The notes under the pieces were generated by a model that ran no database searches, was not told where the DNA came from, and worked only from the letters and a program-made list of their open reading frames with translations. A stretch of DNA of 64,000 nucleotides, taken from positions 16,879 through 80,878 of the forward strand of contig CAZNPB010000006.1 of assembly GCA_964574895.1 (NCBI GenBank). Direction: 5' to 3'. The stretch's first letter is position 1. Each line of letters starts with the position of its first letter. Positions 33,806-41,810 of the stretch are shown here, one piece after another. The position numbers were made by a program, and so were the translations under genes. Source of the DNA: an uncultured Eubacteriales bacterium (GTDB lineage Bacteria > Acidobacteriota > Aminicenantia > Aminicenantales > Saccharicenantaceae).

Positions 33806-35635
33806 CTATTTCCGCGGGAAGACGTACTCCCCGGAGGGGTCCCGCTGCTTGAGGCCCTTGACGACACCGTCCTCGAGGATGAATTCGAAAACGACGTCGG
33901 CGAAGAGCTTGATCCGGAACCGCAGCCCCTTGTAGGGGACGAGCTCCTCCGGCCCCTGGCCGGGCACGGCCAGCACGAGCGTGCCGTCCTCCTTGAGGAC
34001 GACCTGGGCCTTGATGCCCGAGGGCAGCTCGTAGGTCCCGGCCAGCTTGGCCAGCGTCTCGGGCGCGAGCGTCGTCGGCTTGCGGCTGAAGACGACCTCG
34101 GCCTCGTCGAGCGAGATGAGGGCCTTGTCGACGTCGCCCTGCGGGTTGGTCTGGAAATTGATGGACGTCCGGCCGTAGGTTTCGTCGTCGGGGGTGACAA
34201 AGCGGTCGTAATGGTAGTGGCCCAGCGGCAGCCGGATCTTGTGGAAGTCCATGGCCAGGGCGCCGTCCTTCATCTCGACCTTGAGGAGGCCGTAGGCCGG
34301 GTGCTCGTACTCGCCGGCGTAGTCGGCCAGGGCGTGGGACGGCTTGGTGCCGGGGACGCGGTCGGCGCCGGCCTTGGCCCGGCCCTCGGTGCCGGCCTTC
34401 TTGTTCTTGAGCCGGCTCTCGAGCTGGCGCTCGCTCCAGGGCGTCAGGTCCAGCCCCAGCAGGCGCTCGTAGACGTTGTAGCTGACGGTGTTGTAGAGGC
34501 TGGAGCAGTGGTCGCCGACGACCAGGACGATGACGCCCAGCTTCTCCCGGGGCATGAACGAGATCTGGGAGTGGAAGCCGGGCAGGTCGCCGCCATGGAA
34601 GGTCAGGAGGTGGCCGCGGTAGGAGGCCGTCTCCCGGCCCATGCCGTAGGCGGCGTTGAGGACCTCCCAGAAGCCGCGGGTCTCGGCGGCCGTGTTGGGG
34701 AGGGGGATGGCCGGCTCGAGCGTGGCCTTGAGCACGGCCGGCGGCAGGACCTGCCGGCCGTTGTACTTGCCGTCGTTCATCAGGGCGATGAGCCAGTGGG
34801 AGATGTCCTGGACGTTGGAGATGATGGCGCCGCAGGGGCCGACGCCGCCGATGTCCTCGTAGTAGGGGAGCTTGTAGAGCTCGAAGCTGTCGCGCTTCTC
34901 GGTGTAGGGCACGCCCGGCTCGGCCTGCTTGAGCATGTCGGCGATGGAGAAGACGGTCGAGGTCATCTCCAGGGGCTTGAAGATGCGCTCGCGGACGAAG
35001 TCTTCCCAGAGCCGGCCCGACTGCAGCTCGATGATGCGGCCGACGGCGGCGTACATGAGGTTGTTGTAGAGGAAGGTCTGGCGCAGGGCGGCCTGGGGCT
35101 CGAGGTAGCGGAGCTTGTCGAAGAGCTGCTGGCGGGTGTCGTCGGCGTTGTACCAGATGGTGTCGTGGCGGGTGACGCCGGTCCGGTGCGACAGCATGTC
35201 GCGCAGGGTGACCGTGTTGTCGAGCTCGTTATTGTAGAAGCGGATCGTCGGCACGGACTCCTTGACCGGCTTGTCCCAGGTCAGCTTGCCCTCCTCGACC
35301 AGCAGGCCGGCGGCGATGGCCGTGAACAGCTTGGTGTTCGAGGCGATCTGCTGCAGGGTGGCCGGGGTGTAGGGCAGCTTCTGGCCGAAGTCGCGGTAGC
35401 CGTAGCCCTTGGCGAAGACGAGCCTGTCGCCGGCCACGACGCCGACCGCGACGCCCGGCGCGTTCCAGTCCTTGAGGACCTTGGCCATGTAGGCGTCGAA
35501 GCCGCGGAGCTTCTTGGCGACGTCCCGGTCCGGCGTCTGGGCCTGCAGGCGCGGCAGCAGGGACAGGGCCAGCCCGATGGCCAGCGCCATGGCGAGAATC
35601 CGGGCGGGGCGGACCTTCGTTTCAACGGAACGCAT
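33806..35635 (-). CDS. secreted serine hydrolase of the beta-lactamase/PBP (class C-like) family with a C-terminal lipocalin-like extension
   Basis: S-x-x-K motif (ASNTKLF), signal peptide. 609 aa. Confidence 0.75.
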   Translation of the reverse strand: MRSVETKVRPARILAMALAIGLALSLLPRLQAQTPDRDVAKKLRGFDAYMAKVLKDWNAPGVAVGVVAGDRLVFAKGYGYRDFGQKLPYTPATLQQIASNTKLFTAIAAGLLVEEGKLTWDKPVKESVPTIRFYNNELDNTVTLRDMLSHRTGVTRHDTIWYNADDTRQQLFDKLRYLEPQAALRQTFLYNNLMYAAVGRIIELQSGRLWEDFVRERIFKPLEMTSTVFSIADMLKQAEPGVPYTEKRDSFELYKLPYYEDIGGVGPCGAIISNVQDISHWLIALMNDGKYNGRQVLPPAVLKATLEPAIPLPNTAAETRGFWEVLNAAYGMGRETASYRGHLLTFHGGDLPGFHSQISFMPREKLGVIVLVVGDHCSSLYNTVSYNVYERLLGLDLTPWSERQLESRLKNKKAGTEGRAKAGADRVPGTKPSHALADYAGEYEHPAYGLLKVEMKDGALAMDFHKIRLPLGHYHYDRFVTPDDETYGRTSINFQTNPQGDVDKALISLDEAEVVFSRKPTTLAPETLAKLAGTYELPSGIKAQVVLKEDGTLVLAVPGQGPEELVPYKGLRFRIKLFADVVFEFILEDGVVKGLKQRDPSGEYVFPRK

Positions 35636-35984
35636 CTCGAGGCCTCCTTGCCGCGCGGCGCGGCCGATCTAAATCGAGGGGATAGTAGGCGCAACGGCGA
35701 CGGGCTGTCAAGGACGTTTTTGGCGGCGTCGCCCCGGCGCTAACTCGTCCGGTCCTTGGCCATGCGAAAGCTATCGACCCCTCGAGGAGATCCGGGGGGC
35801 TGTCCTCCCAAACGGACACCGGGTCCTCGACGGGCCCGGGCCTCCGTTCGCGGCCGGGACCCGGATTCGGCGGCTAGTCCTGCCAAATTATTTATAATGT
35901 ATGGGATAGCCGAAATCGGCGTTGCCTCGCCTTCTTGGCACGGATTTTGCCGATAAGGATGGTGGAATGGAAAGGAGACGAGCG

Positions 35985-36368
35985 ATGAAAGCGAAGATGA
36001 CCGGCATCCTGGCCCTGGCTCTGATCGCGATGGGGACGATCTCCTGCTACCGTCATTACGGATACCGCGCCTACCCCGACCGGCCGCGCTTCCGGCCGAC
36101 CTACCCGGAACAGGTCGAGCTTCTCCGGCGCGAGCCGCGGCGGGACCACATCCAACTCGGCGAGGTCTGGATCCGGCCGACCTGGCGCATGGACCGGTTC
36201 TATGTCGAGGGCGTTCTCCGGGAGAAGGCGGCCGCGCTGGGCGCCGACGCCCTGGTCATCGTCGCCGACCGCTACTTCCGGGAAGGCGTCGTCTTCAGCT
36301 ACTGGCACGGACCGAGGACCGTCTACGAGCGCCAGATCGTCGGCATCGCCATCCGCTACCGGCGCTAG
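35985..36368 (+). CDS. small lipoprotein, unknown function
   Basis: AGGAGA SD 6 nt before the ATG. Lipobox LIAMGTISC. Confidence 0.6.
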   Translation: MKAKMTGILALALIAMGTISCYRHYGYRAYPDRPRFRPTYPEQVELLRREPRRDHIQLGEVWIRPTWRMDRFYVEGVLREKAAALGADALVIVADRYFREGVVFSYWHGPRTVYERQIVGIAIRYRR

Positions 36369-36388
36369 CTTCTCCTCGACGCCGGCCT

Positions 36389-38443
36389 TCAGCGCGAGAC
36401 CTTGACCGAGATGTCGGAGGCCTGCCGGGGGTCGCTTTCGGAGACGGCCCGCAGGGTGACCGTGGCCGACTTCGAAGCCCCGGGCCCCGGCGTGACGTAC
36501 ATGGCGACGGGCGCGGAGGCGCCGGACCGGACGGCCGCCAGCTCGTTCGTCAGCTGGGCCGTCCAGCCCCGCCCTTCGACCGACGCGGACAGGCGATAAA
36601 GGTCGCTGTCGAAGGCCGGGCCGGCGCCGGCCGGGGCCGGAGCGCCGGTGTTGGTCAGCGTGAACGGCAGCGGCGCGGCCGGGCCTTTGGCCTTGGGGGC
36701 CCGGCCGGCGGCCAGCCGGACGCCGCGAGGCCGCGGTCCGGCGCCGTCGAGCGAACGGACGGCCAGCTTGTAGATCAGGACGCCGTCGGCCTCGCGCCGC
36801 AGGTCGAGGACGTAGAAGTGCAGCCGGTTGGGACCGTCGACCCATTCGCAGAAGCTCCCCGATCCCGTGCCGGCGTGGAAGAGGGCGTCGTTGAGCTGGC
36901 GGAAGTCGGCCGCCGTGCGCATGACCTTGACGCCGTCAGGACGGACGTAGTCGACGACGCCGATGTCTTCGGGGTGGGCGTCGATGACCCAGATGTAGCT
37001 GTTGAACTCGTTCGGGCCGCCGTTGCGGCCGCGGAGCGTGGCCTTGTTCTTGGCGAGAAGGACGCCGCTGTCGGGCGTGAACGAATCGTAGCCGATGCGC
37101 TGGACGACCTCGGCCGTGTAGTAGGCGTAGTTGGGCGTGCCGGGGGACAAGGGATCGGCGGCCGGGTCGGAGGGCGGGGTCAGGTCGCCGGCCTGGGCGC
37201 CGTCGAACAGGACCTTGAGCCCGGCGTACGTGCCCGGCCGGGGCTCGACGGCCCGGGCCGTGACCTCGGCCACGGCCGGCCCCGTCTTGGCCAGGACGTC
37301 GCGGCCGAGCGTCAGCAGGGTGGACTCGTCGAGGAACTTGTTCTCCAGGCGGTTGCGGACCATCAGGCCGGCCGGCATGAAGGCGCCCTGCGCCGGCGGC
37401 ACGACCCAGCGGCGGTGCGGGCCGCCCGGGCCGTTGAACGAGCCGCGGTCCATCATGTCCCAGGGCCCGGCCGCGACCCGCCGGTAGGGCTGGACGTAGG
37501 GATTGTTGTTGAGGTCGGGCAGGTCGAAGGCGAAGTGGCCCAGCTCGTGGGCGATCGTGCCCGAGCTCTCGCCCTGGCGCATGGACGACAGCCCCCATTG
37601 CCGGGAGCCGGCCAGCCAGCTCGTCCATTCGACGTAGCGGGTCGGGACCCAGCGGGGCTTGACCGGATCCGGGTTGCCCCAGGCGGCCGGGATGTCGTCG
37701 CGGGAGGCGAACTTCATCTCGCCGAACTCCTGCCAGACGCCCGTCTCGTCGTAGCCGGCGTAGATGCGCAGCACGGCGTCGAAGTCCTTGCGGACGTCCC
37801 GGCCGGCCGCGGCCGTCCAGAGGGCGTCGCAGTCCCGTTCCATGCGGCCGTCGGCCCGGCTGCCGTCGGGCGTCTGGCCGTTCTGGCCGTATTCGTTGAG
37901 GCCGTAGGACCAAAGGGGCTTGGGCATGCGGTAGGGGCCGAAGGCCTCGACCTCGGTGATGCCGAACTTGCCCCAGGACTGCTCCATCCAGTAGCCGGTG
38001 ACCGTCTGGCCGTGGTTGAAGACGTTCGGTTTGGTCCAGAAGTCGGCGTAGAAGCGGGGCACCCGGTCGCGGGGGATGGGCTCGATCTGGGGGTTGCCGA
38101 AGGGGTCCGAGCCCTTGGGCAGGGTGACGACGAAGGGCTGGTCGGAGAAATCGATGCCGACGACGGCCAGCTTGAAGCCGCGCCCGGGCTTGAGCGCCGG
38201 ATCGGCCCAGTCGCGGCCGGGGATGGGCCGGTAGTCGGCCCAGGTCATGTCGTCCTGGTCCTGGACCCGCTGGGGGTCGATGGGGGCGGGAAAGGCGCTG
38301 TTTTGCGGCGGCGCGCCGGCGGAATGCAGGATGAGGAGGCCCAGGAAGCCGGCCAGCGCGGCCCAGGGGACGAGCCGCGGACGGCGGGACGCGCCGCCGG
38401 CCGGCAGGGCTTTCGGAAACGGAGAAGGGCGGTCAGGGGCCAT
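36389..38443 (-). CDS. secreted zinc metalloprotease, M6/InhA-like, paralogous to 3600-6251
   Basis: IAHELGHFAFDLPDLNNNPY (HExxH + D). Signal peptide. GGAGA SD before the internal ATG 38443. Confidence 0.65.
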   Translation of the reverse strand: MAPDRPSPFPKALPAGGASRRPRLVPWAALAGFLGLLILHSAGAPPQNSAFPAPIDPQRVQDQDDMTWADYRPIPGRDWADPALKPGRGFKLAVVGIDFSDQPFVVTLPKGSDPFGNPQIEPIPRDRVPRFYADFWTKPNVFNHGQTVTGYWMEQSWGKFGITEVEAFGPYRMPKPLWSYGLNEYGQNGQTPDGSRADGRMERDCDALWTAAAGRDVRKDFDAVLRIYAGYDETGVWQEFGEMKFASRDDIPAAWGNPDPVKPRWVPTRYVEWTSWLAGSRQWGLSSMRQGESSGTIAHELGHFAFDLPDLNNNPYVQPYRRVAAGPWDMMDRGSFNGPGGPHRRWVVPPAQGAFMPAGLMVRNRLENKFLDESTLLTLGRDVLAKTGPAVAEVTARAVEPRPGTYAGLKVLFDGAQAGDLTPPSDPAADPLSPGTPNYAYYTAEVVQRIGYDSFTPDSGVLLAKNKATLRGRNGGPNEFNSYIWVIDAHPEDIGVVDYVRPDGVKVMRTAADFRQLNDALFHAGTGSGSFCEWVDGPNRLHFYVLDLRREADGVLIYKLAVRSLDGAGPRPRGVRLAAGRAPKAKGPAAPLPFTLTNTGAPAPAGAGPAFDSDLYRLSASVEGRGWTAQLTNELAAVRSGASAPVAMYVTPGPGASKSATVTLRAVSESDPRQASDISVKVSR

Positions 38444-38580
38444 GGCGCATCTCCAGGTTCGAGGATATTCCCTTAATACACTTTCCCGGCCTTGTTGACA
38501 ATTCCTTGACAACTCGCGCCGCGGGGGTGCTTATGATGCGATCGGGCCCCGTCGGATGACATCGGCCCGGGGGTCGCGAC

Positions 38581-39132
38581 ATGGCGCTCGAGGGACGGAC
38601 GGCGGCCGCGGCCGCCCTGATCGGTCTGGTCCTGGCGGCGTCGGCCGGCTGCGGCGGTTTGAGGACGCGCTGGCAAAAGGTCCCCGTCACCTCCACGCCT
38701 CCGGGCGCGGCGGTCTTCGTCGACGGCCGGGCCTCGGGGTCGGCGCCGGTCACCATCTGGCTGAAACGCAAGGCCCGCCGGCAGGTCGTGCGGATCGAGG
38801 CCCCGGGTTACGATCCGGTCGAGATCAGGTCAGATCGGACGGCCAACCCGGCGCTGATCCTGGTCGACGTTCTCCTCGGCAGCGTCCCGGCCTGGCCCAT
38901 CGCCATGGTCCGGGCTTTGAACGACAAGGACAGCCATCCCTTGGCCTACACGGCCGGGTTCGGCTTGTTGTTCACGCTCATCGACGCGGCCAGCGGGGGC
39001 CTTTACGACGTCAAGCCGAAGGCGATCGCCGTCACCCTGATCAAGAGCCGGGGGGAGCCCACGGCCCGGGAGATCGTCCTGGCGGCCGAGGACATGCGGA
39101 ACCTGACCTGGATCCGGGTCCGGCGGGACTGA
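38581..39132 (+). CDS. lipoprotein with PEGA-like domain
   Basis: Lipobox LAASAGC. …TSTPPGAAVFVDGRASGSAPVTI… PEGA-type beta-sandwich signature. Confidence 0.6.
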   Translation: MALEGRTAAAAALIGLVLAASAGCGGLRTRWQKVPVTSTPPGAAVFVDGRASGSAPVTIWLKRKARRQVVRIEAPGYDPVEIRSDRTANPALILVDVLLGSVPAWPIAMVRALNDKDSHPLAYTAGFGLLFTLIDAASGGLYDVKPKAIAVTLIKSRGEPTAREIVLAAEDMRNLTWIRVRRD

Positions 39133-39208
39133 CCGCGGATCGGGGACACGTGCCCGGCACGCGTCCCTCGAGGCCCGGCGCGCGTTACGCGGCCCCATCC
39201 GGCTATGC

Positions 39209-39214
39209 TATACT
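39209..39214 (+). promoter_or_regulatory. -10 box TATACT 7 nt upstream of the ATG at 39222 (leaderless-type)
   Basis: Same hexamer and spacing as at 6425-6430. Weak -35 TTACGC 18 nt upstream. Confidence 0.3.
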
Positions 39215-39221
39215 CCGGGAC

Positions 39222-40712
39222 ATGAAAAAGCCGATCCTTCCCGTCCTGGGGCTGTCCGTCCTGACGATGCTGGCCGGGTCCGTTTTGGCGGCCCGGGCCC
39301 AGAGCCGCGGCGTCGAGCACGGCCAACGGTACGACCGCCTGCTCATCCGCAACGTCATGCTCATCGACGGCAAGGGCACGCCGATGCGCGGGCCGGTCGA
39401 CGTCGTCATCGAGGGCAACAGGATCGCCTCGGTCGCCGGCGCGGACCCGCGGCCGGAGAGCTATATAAGAGAGGGCCATGTCATCGACGGCACGGGGATG
39501 TATCTTCTGCCGGGCCTGATCGACAGCCACATCCATCTCCATGACGAGCGGGCCGGGATGCCCCAGCCCTTCGAGTACGAATACAAGATCTACATGTCCT
39601 GCGGGGTGACCACGGTCCGCGACGTCGGCAGCGATCCGAAAAAAGCCCTGGCCGAGCGCCGCAAGAGCCGCGAGGGCGCCATCGTCGCCCCGCGGATCTA
39701 CGTCTACATGGTCGCCGGGGGGCGGACGCCCGACGAAGGCCGCCAGTCGGTCCGGTCCATCAAGGAGCAGGGCGCCGACGGGGTCAAGATCTTCGGCCTG
39801 GACCGCGACATCATGGCCGCCATCATGGACGAGGCGGCCAAGCTCGGGCTCAAGGCGGCCCACCACATGGCCGTCGAGGAGACCGACGCCCGCGACGCGG
39901 CCGAGCTGGGCGTGGACACGATCGAGCACTGGTACGGCATCCCGGACGCGGCGCTCAAGGGCTCGCAAAACTTTCCGCCCGAATACAGCTTCAACAACGA
40001 GAGCGACCGCTTCCGCTGGGCCGGGCGGCTGTGGCGGGAAGCCGATCCCGACAAGCTCGAGGGCGTTCTCGAAGAGATGGTCGAGAAGGGCGTGGGCTGG
40101 GTCCCGACCTTCAGCACCTACGAGGCCTGCCGCGACATGACCCGGGCCCGCAATCTGCCCTGGTACAAAGAGTACCTGCACCCGGCGCTCGAGACCTACT
40201 TCCAGCCCAGCCCGAAGCGCCACGGCGCCTTTTCCTGGGGCTGGTCGACCGCCGACGAGGTGGCCTGGAAAGAGAACTACCGGATCTGGATGAAGGCCGT
40301 GCGCGACTTCGCCGACAGGGGCGGGATCGTCGGGGCCGGCGACGACGCCGGGTTCATCTACACGCTCTACGGCTTCACCTATCTGAGTGAGCTCGAGCTT
40401 CTGCAGGAGGCGGGCTTCCATCCGCTGGACGTCATCCAGTGCGCCACAAGCAACAACGCCAGGCTGATGGGGCTCGAGGGTGAGCTGGGGCGGGTGCGTC
40501 CGGGCTATCTGGCCGACCTCATCCTGATCGACGAGAACCCGCTGGCCAACCTGAAATACCTCTACCCGACCGGGGTGCTGGATATCAAGGACGGCCGGGA
40601 CGTCGTCCGCGGCGGCATCAAGTGGACCATCAAGGACGGCCTCGTCTACGAGACGCCCCGGCTGATGCGCGAGGTCCGGGAGATCGTGGCCAAGGCCCGG
40701 GCCGGCCGCTAG
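39222..40712 (+). CDS. secreted amidohydrolase-family enzyme
   Basis: …LLPGLIDSHIHLHDE… HxH metal site. Signal peptide MKKPILPVLGLSVLTMLAGSVLA. Confidence 0.75.
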   Translation: MKKPILPVLGLSVLTMLAGSVLAARAQSRGVEHGQRYDRLLIRNVMLIDGKGTPMRGPVDVVIEGNRIASVAGADPRPESYIREGHVIDGTGMYLLPGLIDSHIHLHDERAGMPQPFEYEYKIYMSCGVTTVRDVGSDPKKALAERRKSREGAIVAPRIYVYMVAGGRTPDEGRQSVRSIKEQGADGVKIFGLDRDIMAAIMDEAAKLGLKAAHHMAVEETDARDAAELGVDTIEHWYGIPDAALKGSQNFPPEYSFNNESDRFRWAGRLWREADPDKLEGVLEEMVEKGVGWVPTFSTYEACRDMTRARNLPWYKEYLHPALETYFQPSPKRHGAFSWGWSTADEVAWKENYRIWMKAVRDFADRGGIVGAGDDAGFIYTLYGFTYLSELELLQEAGFHPLDVIQCATSNNARLMGLEGELGRVRPGYLADLILIDENPLANLKYLYPTGVLDIKDGRDVVRGGIKWTIKDGLVYETPRLMREVREIVAKARAGR

Positions 40713-40713
40713 G

Positions 40714-41655
40714 TCAGACCGTCAGCTGCTCGACGGCCAGACGGTCGACGTCCATCCGTCCGAGACCCCATTCGACGGCCTTGACGATCATCTGGACATC
40801 GGCCGCCTTGAGGCCGACGAACGGGGCGCAATAGGCGTCCACGGCCACGGGGTCGGCGCCGAGGACGACCTTGTCGAGCCGGCGCATCTCGCCCGGCCCG
40901 GCCGGCCCGTTGGTCAGCAGGAACTCCGTGGCGTCGGCGACGCAGAGGTCGGGGCGGCGCAGGGTGTTGAGGTCGGCGATGCACTGGGACAGGAAGGGGA
41001 CGTCGTCGTACTCGCCCTTGGCGCCCGAGCCGGCGTGGAAGAACTGGTTGGACGGGCCGGAGTTGGGGCCCATGAGGTTCTTGAGGTTGCCCGACATGCC
41101 GACGCCGACGTGGTGCTTGATGATGGGCAGGTTAATGAGGACGTCGCAGTCGAAGAACTCCCGGACCAGGCTGGCCTTCTTGAGGGTCTTGTTCCTGGCG
41201 ACGGGCGTGTCGACGTAGCGGCCGGACGACATCCGAACGGCCCCGAGCTCCTTCTCGTACCGGGACGCCGGGGCCGAGCGCTTCCAGTAGCCGGGTTGGG
41301 GATCGATCAAGTACTGGATATCCTTGGCCCCGGCCGCGAACGCGGCCAGGATGACGGCCAGGGACAGGTCGGGGTGAGTGTGGCTGCCGGGGTTCTTCCA
41401 CCAGGCCGGGGCGTTGATGACCAGGCCGACCGTCGAGCCGGGCTTGACGAAGCGCTTCATGCCGCCCAGGGCCTCCAGGCCCTTGTTGACGGCGGCCATC
41501 CGGTCCTGTCCGGTGACAACGGCCAGGTCGGGAGCGGCGGCGCGGGGGGCCTTCGGATCGGGCTGGCGCTGGCCGCGCAGGTTCCCGGCCAGGGCGGCCG
41601 CGCCGGCGACCGCGCCGACCCGGATGAAGTCGCGCCGATTGATGGTCTTGCTCAT
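40714..41655 (-). CDS. DUF362-family protein with Tat signal
   Basis: MSKTINRRDFIRVGAVAGAAALA twin-arginine leader. AAGGAGG SD. DUF362-like body. Confidence 0.65.
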   Translation of the reverse strand: MSKTINRRDFIRVGAVAGAAALAGNLRGQRQPDPKAPRAAAPDLAVVTGQDRMAAVNKGLEALGGMKRFVKPGSTVGLVINAPAWWKNPGSHTHPDLSLAVILAAFAAGAKDIQYLIDPQPGYWKRSAPASRYEKELGAVRMSSGRYVDTPVARNKTLKKASLVREFFDCDVLINLPIIKHHVGVGMSGNLKNLMGPNSGPSNQFFHAGSGAKGEYDDVPFLSQCIADLNTLRRPDLCVADATEFLLTNGPAGPGEMRRLDKVVLGADPVAVDAYCAPFVGLKAADVQMIVKAVEWGLGRMDVDRLAVEQLTV

Positions 41656-41764
41656 GGGGCACCTCCTTGTGGCCGACGAGGGCCGGGCTAAAGAATTAAT
41701 ACACCAAATCGCGGCGTTATCATAGGGATCCAAAATGGGGGATAAATGGGAACGTCCCAATTTC

Positions 41765-41796
41765 TTGACAGGCGGAGCGGGAGACTGATATATCAG
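41765..41796 (+). promoter_or_regulatory. promoter of the OMP gene (-35 TTGACA 41765-41770, -10 ATATAT) with the -10 embedded in the palindrome CTGATATATCAG (41785-41796)
   Basis: Read directly. Short (~10 nt) leader before the ATG at 41811. Confidence 0.4.
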
Positions 41797-41810
41797 CCCT
41801 CGGAACCTCG

